A stretch of 64,000 nucleotides of DNA from contig OZ024741.1 in the NCBI GenBank assembly GCA_964016885.1, positions 123,256,001 through 123,320,000 of the forward strand, given 5' to 3'. The DNA comes from Eledone cirrhosa. Lineage: Eukaryota. A program made the translations under genes and the position numbers. Numbering within the stretch: position 1 is the stretch's first letter; the number at the start of each line of letters is the position of its first letter. This document shows positions 1 to 13,450 of this stretch, one piece after another. Below the pieces are notes generated by a model. It had not been told where the DNA came from. It did no database searches and saw only the letters and a list, made by a program, of their open reading frames with translations.

Positions 1-2
1 CT

Positions 3-770
3 AGATCTCTAATTTGGTATGCTCCGCCACCATGTTTATCTATTAAAACACCTTTAGCACACTTATTTTTTAAAGCCTTCGATAAATGCTTCCCTAGATC
101 ACATAAATATTACTCTATCTTCAATAGACACACAGTTAAACTCTCTTATTCAACAACTATGAATATTGCTCAAAATATAGCAAAAATAAATAGTAAAAAT
201 ATTAATTTGAACCAACATATAAATACCATAATAACAATTATAATAATAATACATTAGTTAATGGGAATAACAATAATAATAGTTTAAATATGAATAATAG
301 TAGAACACCTTTAAATAATAATAATAATATGAATAGTTTAGGGTATAGAAATAACATCGAGAAGAAATGTAACTCTAGAAAGAAGTCAGAATGTCCGTTA
401 CAAAATAACTGCCTTGACAAGAATCTAGTATATAAATGTACCATTAAGACAAATAATAATATATATAACTACATTGGTGCCACTTCATCTAAACTTAAGG
501 TTCGTTGGTACAGTCATAAACATTCTTTTTCTAAACCAGATAAAAAATGTTCAACCTCACTCTCACAATTAATATGGTCTTTGATGGACAAGAATATTAA
601 ACACTCCATCTCTTGGACTCGGTTAAAGAATGCCAATTCCTATCGGAACGCATCCATTTCGATAAATTGCAATCTTTGCAATCTTAAGACACTATTGATA
701 CAAATTATGACAATTTAATTAACAAGAAAAATGAATTATTCAGCAGCTGCCAACATAAATTTCGAAAAAA
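3..770 (+). pseudogene. GIY-YIG endonuclease domain of a Naiad-like PLE (frameshifted)
   Basis: LVY...YIG...RW..H..SF motif with flanking Cys motifs; frameshifts relative to the copy at 44479-45246. Confidence 0.8.
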
Positions 771-2330
771 TATTGACAATTAATTATAATTTAAAAAAAT
801 ATATATATAATTGTTTGCCTTACTGGGGTAATAATTTATTGATTCTTTTATCTATTAGAATAATTTCATTAAGAGTCTCTGTATCCTATGCTTTGTTTAG
901 GACAGTTCAATATTTAACTTGACAATTGTTGATTTATGGTTTAGAAATGTTCACATATGGTGAATGAGTTATCTTCCTTTCGTTTACATTCTTCGTAAAT
1001 ATGTTTATTCTGTTTGAATAGCTTACTAAATTATATTTGACATGAATTATGTAGTTTAATAATAAGAACATCTTTAAAAGGAAACTATAATAATATGTAA
1101 TTACAGAAGTAAATATAAATTAACGAAATAAAACCTTTGAGAGTAAATATAACAGCAATTTAATCCTGTAATTATATGATAATTAAAGAATAGAAATGAT
1201 TTTATAAAGAGAATATCCTATTTAAATAAAATAATTCGGCTAAAAATTGATCTTAATATATTTTATATATTGATGTTGATATATTATATATATTGATGGT
1301 GATATGCATGTATTTTAATATATATTTTAATATGTATTTTAATGTATATTTTAAATGCATGTTTAATCATTATTTAAATTTGCTTTAAATATATAATTTG
1401 TTTAAAGATGTAACAAAATACTTAAGGAATTACCTAAACCAATAATTATAATCTATAATGAGTTAAATTTAATCATTTAAATTTTTAATTAAACTAATTA
1501 TGTAACGGCTAAAAAAGTAATGTATATTGATTCATTTTGATATAATATATAAGTGTAATTAGCTTAACCATAATAAAATACAAGTGATATTCAATGGTTT
1601 ATGGTAATTGATTGGTTGCCTCAATGGAACTAATATTTGAAAACAACGGTTTTTTTCGTCTATCCGCCCATATATTTTATGTTCCCTCTCTTTTGTCGTT
1701 ATTTCTCCTTTCTTCTTCCTCTATTCATCCATCCATTTATTTATTTTTATTCATTTAAATATTTATGTATGTATTTATTTATTTTTTCTTTTCTTCTTTC
1801 TTTTTTTCTTTTTTTCTTTTTTTCTTTTTTTCTTGCCCTCCTCCTCTTTATACCTTCTCTTATATCTCTAATGCTCTCCACGTCCTTCCTTCTTTAAGTT
1901 TATCATATTATTATTTGTGGTATATAAATGTTGAGATTTGATGAAATAAATCACTGCCAAAATATATAATTATATAATTAAATAAATAATTATAACTATA
2001 TCACTTTCTTTACACCATCCTGATTTGATCGATACAATTATATTTTAATAATAATAGTGTATTTCTAATTATAATATACTTGTTTTCTTATAATCATTCA
2101 TTAAATGTTCTTACACACTAATATTTATATTAACATCTCTCTCTTCTTCCCTTAAAAATAAACAATGAAAAAAAAAATTATCCTAATAATTATTTAAATT
2201 TACCTAGCGTCGAAATATAACGATCTTTTTCATCCTAATATTTGATATTTCTTTCACTATCCAAAATGAACTTAAAACGATAAATTCTTGTTTTTTGGAT
2301 ATGTCAATACTTATAAAAGAATTTTTATAG

Positions 2331-2385
2331 TTTATCTGATGAGTGCGTACCAACATTTTGATACCCTTGAAATATATATAATAAA
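2331..2385 (+). ncRNA. Minimal type I hammerhead ribozyme motif (PLE-associated)
   Basis: tttat-CTGATGA-[imperfect stem II]-GAAA-tatata-TA-ataaa; stem I tttat/ataaa and a palindromic stem III. Confidence 0.7.
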
Positions 2386-2670
2386 ATCAATATGATTTTA
2401 TACGGATAGTTTTCATGTATTAATATCATTTATATATATATAATGGCTAAGTGGCGAGTCTCATTATTCTGCAGTTTTACCTGCGCTCATATAGGAGCTT
2501 GTATGATGATCTAATGTGGGTAGTTGAAACTCCATAGGAAGAATACTAATTACTTAGCCATAATAAATGAATATCTAAACTCTCCGTCGGTATTGAGGAC
2601 TCTTTTCTCTCCTTCGTAAAGTACATACGGATATGTATACATATATACATTCAACCCCCCCCCCCCCCAC

Positions 2671-2704
<34 letters not shown>

Positions 2705-5700
2705 ATTACTATACTGTTGTGTCCAATTTTCCTCTTCATTCTCCATAGACATTTTCAGCTGATCTGCAATAAAAAAGAATGAAAGAAAACGATAAATATA
2801 TAATTCAATATTTTCAATTGTGAGAACGGACGTAATTCTCGACGCAACACTAGCAAAACACATAAATATTTTTAAATCAATATATTTTCCCTATACATCA
2901 AATTACCAATCAGATTATATTCCCGAGATTATATATTCATAGAATAATATCAATTCGCATTGTTGACATATACAGCATTTGAATGTAGACGTATTCTTTA
3001 TCGCTTCTTATTTTAAGAAAATCTCCTTGAGTTTGGTAGGTAATTGACTAAAATTAATATATCAAATTCTCAGAACGGTTTGGAAGCCTTTGGAAGCCTT
3101 TTTATGGATGTACATTAATATTTCATCAGGCTTTGTTGAAATAATTAGCATAACTCCATGTTAAACTTATAATATAGATATTTCACGCCTGGAAAGAGAT
3201 CTGGTTTAATAGATACATTGACGTGATTATAACCATTTACATCGGATTATTAATGTTTATTCCGCAATATATTCGTTTACACTGATAAATGTCCAGTGTG
3301 ATAGATCATGTTTTGCGTAATAGATCTCAACGGAAAACAGATTTGTCTGTACTTTAGGTTGACTGTTTGGTTATATGCATTTGATCAAATATTTATGAAG
3401 AATTTAAAATAATTTCTTTACTTTTTCGTCCCAACGGGTAGATGGACACCCTCATCCTTTATTAGTGCCTTAGATATTTGAACTAAGGGGTTAGGAAGGG
3501 TACATCTAACGGAAAGCAGAAAATAATTAATCGGACAAATTCGCCCAAACTCTAAAAATCACCAATTCCCATCCACCCACCCCCGGTCCGGTACACCTTT
3601 TAGTCAAACATGGAAAGATGGAAGTAAAATTGATGTCAATAGTATATGAAATCAGAACGGAAAGAACAGGAACGAATATTGCAATACAATATTCATGGGT
3701 TTACAGTTCAACGTAAAATCGAACATTTATACGTTTTCTGACAGCGCCATTAAGATGAGTTGTTATTTAATCGATAGCTGATGGTCAAAATGAAATTTGG
3801 AATGATTTAAGCCTAGGAAATAAAACGAATCATACTCAACATAATAACTTATATATTGATGCAGTTTATGATATCCGCCAATTCATCAGATAGTTGGGTA
3901 TATAACTGAATGTAATAAAATCTATTATTAATAGTAATTTTCGTTCCTAACGACGAGGAACTGAATATATGATTAGTTTCTACAGCGATGTACTTTACTA
4001 ATAATATTAATGTGAGCTTTTAACATACTAATCGCACATAGATACAAATGCATGGAGCTCTATGATGCAAACGTGAAATGTTGGCAGTTGTGATTTCTTA
4101 TATTTACATTTGATCGTATTCAAGGAAATAATACTATTATTCACCGTCTAATTAGTTTTGATGAACAGTTACATTCGTCTATGTGTAGGGTGATATCTAG
4201 TTGTCTATCTATATATACTGGAAGAACAGAAGATTTAATGGCGGGTGCAAATACTATCGGCAGTCGACTTGTAAGGAAATAATCCAGTGGTCTGTGAACT
4301 CGATACATTCTTCACTGTAGTTTTCGCTGTAATTTAACCAATGATGTGATATAACGTGATATATATAACCTGCTTATCAAAATAATATGTTGGCCTCCGG
4401 GTTCTATCCCACTGCATGGCATTTTGGACAAATGTCATTTAACATAGATTTGGATTGAGAGAAAGAGGTTAGTCAGTAACTGTTTAAAAGCATGTTGGGC
4501 GTATTATGCTTATAATGCAAAGAACCCCATTTGTAATAGAATGTGACCCCTTGAAAATTACGTTATGGATACACTTGTCTGAAAAATGTTCTTTTATTAC
4601 TTTTATGACTAGTGTTTTTCTTTGGTCGAACAAATGGAATATTCATCGTTGAAACTGAAAATTGTCCATTCCATTTCTCTCTACAATCGGTCAATTGTAA
4701 ACTCTGGCAAAGTTGATGTTTTTCTATTGCCAGTAGTTACGATTTAAACACAGAGGTCCCACAGCCGGAATAAACACAAGTCTCCATGGTAGAAGCTTTT
4801 AGAATTCCTCTAATCCATCGTCTCAGAACTGGAAGTATATTTATCAAACGCAAAATTATAAAAGAACAAAGTTGGCATTGGTATAATTTGAACGTCGATA
4901 TTGGAAATTAATAACAAAATCCACAAGCAATCTTTTCCTTGCCGATGTCCTAACACCTCTAGGAATTCGCCACATTAGAAATTATAATCATTATAATTCA
5001 ACTCAACAAGTAATTATATATTGTATTGTTTTGATAATTTAATATGAACAGCATGATTGAATGGCTAAGGTTTTCCCTGCTCAATCAGCAACTCCCTCAT
5101 GAGCAAATATCATGTAATATAGGTTTCGAAAGGGAGAAATCTTGTGAATGTAAATCATTGGAAACCTGTCTTAAGGGGACATATACATGTGGAGTGCTCA
5201 ACTGCAGGAACGTTAATTCCATGGGCATGATGTTGTCTTGATCGAAACACTGGGACTTTTATCGTTGAAACCGATGAAGTTCCATAACATTTTCTTTTAT
5301 TACCATATTAAGAAATCAGAACAACGTTGATTATATATAAATTCATGATTATATTTTACTTACGTTACATAGAAATCTACTCATAATTATTTACTTTTAT
5401 ACCAGCACATTGTATTTAATTGGAAAATACATTCATAATATCTAACTGGGACAAAAATGGAACAACAGGAGAAATAAAAAGGTTGGAAATGGTGCGATGG
5501 AACATCCTATACCTTCGAATATACGGTATAACACAACAGGTGCAAGCCGACAAGATGAATACATTATTTCTGATAGTCTAACGATTCAGCCAATTGACCA
5601 TCAGTATGTGTGTTTTTACCCCTGATGGTGTATTTCTTAGGGCGTTCGACTCACGGTCATACAGTTATCAGCCACTTGCATGAGAATTTCACGAGATGGG

Positions 5701-6861
5701 TGTTCCATTGTATAAGCAATTGGAACACTCGTTCGTCGTCGGCAATAACTGAAATCCACTCATCTCTTAGTAACTGCAGCTTCACTGAATTAAAATATAT
5801 TATGTAATATTGAAATATAGTTTGTAAAAGAAAAACTTACGATATCATTTCTATTGTGTGACCTTCATGCATATTTACTAAGGTAGCGATGATGGTGATA
5901 TGTGTATTATATTCAGTTGTAATTGTATTATATGTTTTAAGATTGTCATACTTCAACTCAAAACCACTTACTCTAGTAAAATCCTAACATTATACCATGC
6001 ATAATTACTTGTTTCTTGAATTAATCTATATAATCGATTGATTACACAGCTTTGAAAATGTTAATGCATTTTGATATATTTCAATATACAAGACAATGTA
6101 CAATATTTTCTAAAAAGAAATTATTTTGCGACAAATGAATTATAATACATGAATACAAAATATTGACTGAAAGAGAATAAACATCCACAAAAAGATCGGC
6201 GCAGTTGTGGAATTCTAAAAATAATGGCTGCTCTTTAACACATTCCTTACTATATTTCTAAGAAAAGAAGACTATTTACTATGAAAAATGAAAAAAAGAA
6301 GACTATTACTATTAAAAATGAAAATAACCAGGTATATAGATGTATTCAATGATATACATAACTTTCTGATTATTAATCTGAGATTTGGAACATAACTTTA
6401 ATAATATGATGGAATGCTTTAGAGAAATATATACACTTTAAAAGAATAAGTTGTAGTATTGAATGAAGGGCAATATTTGGCAGTTTGGTATCAAATTGTT
6501 TCAGGAGAAAAACAAATACGACGAAATAATTTGTTTATATTGATTCCTTAGGAAGGAAATTGTTATTATCACTATACAGTATATTGGCCAACATCACCTT
6601 TTCAGGCCTTTTTTATATTTACAAATAACGGCATGATGAACACTGGAATACGTTACATTACAGTGGATTTCGCAATCATGATTGACCTGGGTTTAAACTA
6701 CAAAACGAAAATATTTGTGCACGCCTAAATCTTTTGGAAATATAATTTAAGAGGGTAATATGTAATTACACTAACAATGTTATAACTAGATAATTTTTGG
6801 ATATTATTCAATATTCACTTATATACGCCCCCCCCCCCCACACACACACATATATATGTAT

Positions 6862-7527
6862 ATATTTATAAGCCGTTTGGAAGCCTCGACAATGCAATGG
6901 GTAAATCTCCGGGTAACAAGGTCCGGTGGTGGAGAGAGAGAGAAGTAAGTGGGTGTACGTTGAGATGCGTGGTGTGTATAAGATGTGTGAGATGTGTAGA
7001 AAGAAGGGAAGAGTAAAAGACGCATGCTCCCTCAGAGACATGCTCCCTCAGAGACTGCCCGATACGCCATGCTAACTGTTGCCTACGCACATACGTCGTG
7101 TATAAGATAGAATGTGACAGGTGCAACCAATACTACATAGGTAGCACAATTCGACCTTTGTACATCCGGATCAAGGAACACATTAAAACCAGGGCCTCGT
7201 CTTTCCGGAAACACATAGACAAATGCGGAAACAAAGACGGAAGGCCCACTGTCACAATTCTAGCGACTGAAAGAAACGTCGGCACGTTACGTATTAAGGA
7301 AGCGCTTCTTATCAAACAACTGCAACCGCAAATAAACAACCGATTAGAGAGAAGCGAAATGAAATGGCTGGTTTAAGTTAACAAGCGATGCAACAACACA
7401 TTACACGCGCACACACACACACACGCAAACGAGACAACTACACACACACACGCACACACACACACAGTAGCATTCCACCATACGAACATACTACACTGCC
7501 AATACAGATGAACAAGGCAACAACACA

Positions 7528-7558
<31 letters not shown>

Positions 7559-8050
7559 TCAAGCGAGACAACAACACACGCACACACACACACAGTAACA
7601 TTTAACAAACAGGCAGAGAATGGACTGACAGCTAGCGCCATCCCACTGCCTCATTCGGCCGCTGACCTCTGTACGACCGACCCCATTTCACGCGCACGCG
7701 CGCTCGGCCGAATACCTCAGGTATTCAAATCAACAGTTAGCGAAAGACGCGTTCCGAGTGGTCCGACAGACAACCTTTTCCCCCACCCCGGAAAAAACAC
7801 CAGTTGATGGATGTGAATCCGAAATATATAGGGACTATTAAATCTCTCCCAAGGTAACTCTCTCTCTTGTGTTGTTATTATTATTTTTATTCTTTTACTC
7901 TTCCCTTCATTCTACACATCTCACACATCTTATACACACCACGCATCTCAACGTACACCCACTTACATATCTCTCTCTCCACCAACGGCTCTTGTTACCC
8001 GGAGAATTACCCATTTGCATTGTCGAGGCTTCCAAACGATTTATAAATAT
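6862..8050 (+). mobile_element. 5'-truncated Penelope-like element with inverted terminal repeats (6862-7020 / 7891-8050)
   Basis: The two ~160-bp arms are reverse complements of each other and enclose a GIY-YIG ORF and a CA-rich 3'UTR. Confidence 0.8.
7056..7376 (+). pseudogene. PLE GIY-YIG endonuclease C-terminal fragment
   Basis: VVYKIECDRCNQYYIGSTIRPLYIRIKEH...LRIKEALLIKQLQPQINNR. Confidence 0.85.
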
Positions 8051-8183
8051 TTACTTATTGTTCCACAATGCTTCAAGCAAACTTCAATACTCTCGTATAT
8101 ATATATATACCGAATCACCTATCTACTACATGCGTGCGTGTAAGCAGGAATATATATATTATATATGCATTTCTCACTCCCTC

Positions 8184-8238
<55 letters not shown>

Positions 8239-8560
8239 ATATATGTCTCCCTGCATTTGTTTTCGAAAGCTATTACATCAAAATTTAAAACTATTTTCAA
8301 AGTGGTTTAAGAGTAGCTTTACGAAATGTTCCCGAGTTTATTTATATTACATTGAAAACTATTATAGATATTTCTCTTTACAATCTTGGTTTCATCTTTG
8401 ATATTCAAATTATTTGATTTCCAAGCTCACTCATCTTTTTTGCACGCATAAACTCTTCTTAATGCTCTATATGATACACTATATCTTTCATAAAACTATA
8501 TTCATGGGTCTTGCACTGGATGAACATAAGGTTCTTCAGTTCATTATATTCATATATACA

Positions 8561-8832
8561 AAAAGTCAAAGACATCAAAAGAAAATCAATAGGTCACCTC
8601 GGTCATAAGTTGAATCGTGTATTTAAAACGGATAACAAAATTCCCAACTTACAAACTACTGAATTTAGATTATAAAACCAAAACCACAGACTGATAATTC
8701 CAAAATTCGGATCAAAGTGCATATATATATATGTGCAGGGTGTCCCAAAAATGTATGTATACACACTTAGATTTCCTGTGCAGGCATTATTTATTAGAAT
8801 GTTGTTGAAGTGTGTATACATTTTTTGGGATA

Positions 8833-8888
<56 letters not shown>

Positions 8889-9707
8889 ATATATATATAT
8901 ATATAGTAATTAGGAGTATTCCAAAGCTTGGTAGAACAAGTTGTGAGGAAAGTTTTCAACATACGTTAAGGTGACTCAACAGGTTGGTAGGGATTCAGTA
9001 GTGGAAACACGAACAAACGAGGAGTGTAATCAAAAAGAGAGAAATAGGACGAAGGTAAACAGTTACAAAAGAATTTAATCCACGTATTAACAATTGTTTC
9101 ATCAGAATTTCACTCCATTATTGCTACACTATGTAATAATAGGCAATCAAGAAAGATACTGTAGCATCCGAATTTTCAAAATACAAAGTTGGAATGACCT
9201 TAAGAAATGAAATAAGGGGTAGTAGTGTAAGATAGAGGAACAGAGAGAGAGAAAGGGGCAACAGAGAGGGAGAGAGAGTGAGAAAAGGGATGGAGGTAAG
9301 GAGAGAAAGAGAAAGAGATAGGGTGGTGTGAGAGGATTTGTATAGAATATAGTTAAGTTACAGAAGGGAGGGGAGGAGGGGTGTGTGCTAAAAGTTGTGA
9401 TGAGTAGAGGGAGAGAGAAGGAAGATATAATTTTAAGTGGCATTTGATAGTGGACAGGCGAAAGTCTTACTAGAGTATAGATGAAGGAAGAAAGTCTTAC
9501 CAGAGTATATATATAAATATATATATACATATATATATGTACATACATACATATATATATATATATTCACTTTGCTCCGAATTTCAGAATTATCAGTCTG
9601 TGGTTTGGGTTTTATAATCTAAATTCAGCAGTTTGTAAGTTGTGAATTTTGTGATCCGTTTTAAATACAGGATTCAACATATGACCTAGGTGATGTCTTT
9701 GACTTTT
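8561..9707. repeat. Diverged inverted repeat pair (8561-8719 / 9568-9707) enclosing a MITE, (CT)n and another repeat remnant
   Basis: ...gaatttagattataaaaccaaaaccacagactgataattc... versus ...gaattatcagtctgtggtttgggttttataatctaaattc... Confidence 0.75.
8736..8836. mobile_element. ~100-bp Tc1/mariner-type MITE
   Basis: TIRs CAGGGTGTCCCAAAAATGTA(TGTA)TACACACTT ... AAGTGTGTATACATTTTTTGGGATAACCT. Confidence 0.65.
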
Positions 9708-9972
9708 TTTAATATATCAATATAATGATTTCTTTATTAACCACAAGGGTTTACATAAAGTAGACATTAAGGATAGTGAAGGACAATACAGGACGGTACA
9801 AATGGGCATTTCTGCGTGTAAAAAACAAAAACAGATGATGTAACAAAAATAATGAAAAATTCCCCAATAGGGGGGAGACTTCGAAGGGACATTTGTGGAG
9901 AAAGCCCAGTAAAAGGCCACAATGACCCTGACCACCAAGACAAGTGCCCTCTCCCAGATTTCCACCTTTAAT

Positions 9973-12900
9973 TTACAGATATATACTCAGAGTAGGCCCA
10001 TTCACTCGGGCCATTCTTGTTTCTCTCACCCATCTTTCAACATAATGCTGGGAAGAGAGCACTTCCCTCTCTACTCTGATTTTCCTTTTCAAATGAAATT
10101 TGAAAAAGTCAATCAGACCATCACCGAAGAGGTAAGTGCTCGTCTTCAGCCCTTTCAAACGTGTCCACCATACTATCTCTTTCGCCATGGCCACCAGACA
10201 GATAAAAACTTCCTGCCCTTCCCGGCTAAAGGAGGAGGGCGGGGAAATCCTCACGATGGACTCAGATGATAGCCGGATCCGTCCTAAACGTGACAGCAGG
10301 TGTTCGACATAAACCCACAAGTCAGCAATTTTCGGACACTGGACGAGTGCGTGCAGGACGATTTCGTCGCCCTGCGCGCATCTCGGACATGCCGGGCTGA
10401 CGGCACCTCCATGCCTGTAGAGTTTATCCCGAACTGGCAAGGCTCCTCGGTAGCACTGCCAGGCCAGAGATTTCTGGAAGTTGTCCATAGGCCCTGGCCC
10501 GAAAGTTCTTCCGAAGAGATTGGCTAGTTGATTTTCGTCGACGCCTAGAGTTTCCCCAAGTGCGTCGTCGCTCTTCCCCTCCACTAGTCCTCTATAGAAC
10601 GCCGAGGTGGAGATTCCACCGATCACATTGCCCGATTGGTCGAGGGCTGTGAGCGCCTGAAGATATTCCAGTCTTCAGGCGCTCCCTCTCGGTCTTCGCT
10701 TGACCCAGGACTGCAGCTCCGTCAAGGAAACGAGCTGGGGAAAAACGTGTCTAGCAAACGGCGACCACACCTGATCACCGTCGAGGAAGAGGTGGAGATG
10801 TCGTAGCCTGAGCGCGTGCCTGCGCATCATCAGCCACGGCATGCCCAGCCCTCCACATAGCGGGTGTTGCCAACAGATGGACCGCCTGACCATCGGAGCG
10901 CGTCCTTCCACAAAAAGCGAAAAAGCAAACGCTCCAGCGCAGTCAGGCGAGGCTTAGGACAAGGTACGACGGTCAGGCGGTAGCAGATAACAGACGCGAT
11001 GTACGCGTTAGCCACCTCCGCTCGACCTTTCAGGGATAGCTTCCTTTCCATTTGTGGGTGAGAGAAGCCACCCTGGTCGTCACCTCGTCCCAGTTTTTGT
11101 CCGTCTGGAGGTCCGGACCGAACCAGACCCCTAGCAATTTAACCGGTCTGTCCGTCCAGCGTCCGTCGACGCTGTTGGACGGCATGGACCTGCCTCTCCA
11201 GGTGCCGAGCTGCAGGCCCACTGACTTTTCCTGGTCGATCATTGCTCCTGTCACCGCTTCGTATTCTCTTAGTGTAGTACCGATCGCCTCGATGTGTTTG
11301 GCGTTCGACACCACTACGGTCACATCGTCCGCATATGCTGACACGGATCTTTCGCATCCTAGTTCGCGCGGGACGCCCATCAGTAGACGTCCGCCAAGAG
11401 GCCTCCGAACAAGTCTGGCATCTGTACGTAAAGTTCATAGGGCAGACCATCCAAACCAGGCGATTTACCCCTTGTGCAGCCAATCATTGCCTCCCTTACT
11501 TCAGCGGCTGTTATCGGCTTTTCGCAACTCTCCGCCTCAGTGGCCGAGAGCCGCGGCAGTCCGTCGAGGTAGACACTAAATCATCCCTCGACCCGGCCCA
11601 CCGCTGCACCCCAAACAGAGGAGCGAAGTGTCGCTGAAAAGCTTCGCACATTTGCCCGGGATCGAGTAGCATGCGCCCGTCGTGGTTCACCAAAGACCGG
11701 ATCGTGGCTTTGTTGCCACGACGCGCCTCCGCCACTCGGGCCCATTGAACGGCTTTCGTCCCCTCGTGTCTGAGAGTAGGAACCCTAGCTCTGACAACGC
11801 AGCCTTCGTGTTTGCATTGAAGAATTGGTCAAGGGCCAATTTCGCCGCAAGTACGTCGGTCGCAATGCCTTTGCTAAGCGCCTCGTCTAATTTTCTAACT
11901 AGTTCTCCCTCTGCTCCATTTTTTTCTATTGCTAAAGCCTTACTAAACCTAAAGGATTCTTTTCTAATCGCTCTTTTCAGAGCAAACCACCAATTGTTGA
12001 TGACGATGGCCCCCGTCAACGCCCGCTGAACTATTTCGCTAATCTGGTCTCTGTAGGCCTTGTGCGCTGGTAAGGACGCGTTTAGATTCCAGTAGCCGGG
12101 TCCTCGTCTGTGAAGCCTATCTAAGTCAAGCACACAGATCACGAATTTGTGGTCCGTGTAGCTGACTATCTTGAATTGTGGACAGCCTATGCTAGACCTA
12201 TCTATTTCCATACAACATACTCTATCTAGATATGATCTGGATGACCCTATGCGATTTTTCCAAGTCCACATTGGCACATTCGGGAAATCCAATCGGTACC
12301 TGTCAGACAGTTCAAAGCGACTGAGCAGGTTGGTGAGGCTCTTGCACCCTCCACCCCTATCCGCTAATCCCACACAGTCCAAGCGTGCATCTAAGATCCC
12401 GTTCCAGTCGCCCATTAACACTAAAGAGCAGGACGTTCCAAGAAAGGTCTCCAGACGCCGGAAGGGATCAGGCTGCCCTGCTCCTGTCGGGGCATAGACG
12501 GCCACTAGCCTGAAACCTTGCCCGTCTCCGCTGGTCACGTCCAACACCACCAACTTACCCTCTGTGTCCAGGAAGATGGCCCGTATGGCGAGATCCAAAC
12601 CTCTCCGAAAAAGCACAGCAACTCCATCCCCCCGATCCAGGACGGCTGGGAGATGCGTACACATCGTAGCGGCCGAAGATCGGTGCGAAAGCTCGTGCTT
12701 CGGAGATTCTGGTCAAGCACACAGATCACGAATTTGTGGTCCGTGTAGCTGACTATCTTGAATTGTGGACAGCCTATGCTAGAGCAATCTATTTCCCTAC
12801 AAAATACTCTATCTAGATATGATCTGGATGACCCTATGCGATTTGTCCAAGTCCACATTGGTACATTCGGGAAATCCATTCGGTACCTGTCAGACAGTTC

Positions 12901-13416
12901 AAAACGTCTGAGCAGGTTGGTGAGACTCTTGCACCCTCCTTCCCTATCCACTAATCCCACACAATCCCAGCGTGCATCTAAGATCCCGTTCCAGTCGCCC
13001 ACTAACACTAAAGAGCGGGACGTTCCAAGAAAGGTCTCCAGACGCCGGAAGAAATCAGGCCGCCCTGCTCCTGTCGGGGCATAGACGGCCACTAACCTGA
13101 AAGCTTGCCCGTCTCCGCTGGTCACGTCCAGCACCACCAACTTACCTTCTGGGTCCAGGAAGATGGCCCGTATGGCAAGATCCAAACCTCTCCGAAAAAG
13201 CACAGCAACTCCTCCCCCCGATCCCGGACGGCTGGGAGATGCGTACACATCGTAGCCGCCGAAGATCGGTGCGAAAGCCTGTGCTTCGGAGATTCTGGTC
13301 TCGCTGATGGCCACTACATCTATGTTTAGTGACCTGAGGTCGTTGAGCAGGTGGCCCTGCTTCCATGACGACCCCAAGCCACGCGCATTTATGCTGCCTA
13401 TTCTGAGTGAGGTCAT
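9973..13416 (-). pseudogene. Copy A ORF2 (APE-RT-zinc finger), disrupted
   Basis: MTSLRIGSINARGL start, GDWN, YLDR, YTDH, YADD, CPRC..HALVQC; multiple frameshifts. Confidence 0.9.
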
Positions 13417-13450
13417 GTTGAAAAGGAGTGGAAAAGATGGGAAAGACCAC

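Larger units (their letters stand above)
1..2430 (+). mobile_element. Decayed Naiad-like Penelope-like element: 3' coding part, AT-rich 3'UTR and pLTR ending at (TA)n
   Basis: Translation from position 3 gives LIWYAPP..FKAFDKCFPRSHKYYSIFNRHTVKLSYSTT. ORF 290-718 has CPLQNNCLDKNLVYKC..YIGATSSKLKVRWYSHKHSF..TSLSQLIWSL..CNLCNL. A frameshifted LINKKNELFSSCQH follows. It is homologous to 44479-45246, and a hammerhead lies at 2331-2385. Confidence 0.8.

Noticed and set aside
2443-2630. Second hammerhead-like mini element (atgatga...gaaactccata) with a 10-bp inverted repeat
   Set aside because: The core and stems are too degenerate to call.
3050-3400. TIR-domain (Toll-like) remnant suggested by RYFTPGK
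   Set aside because: It is a single short motif among many stops with no supporting TIR boxes.
7795-7835. Hammerhead in the 6.9-8.0 kb PLE (cagttga-t-ggat-gtga-atcc-GAAA-tatata)
   Set aside because: The core has two mismatches to CTGANGA and stem I is not supported; at best a decayed relic.
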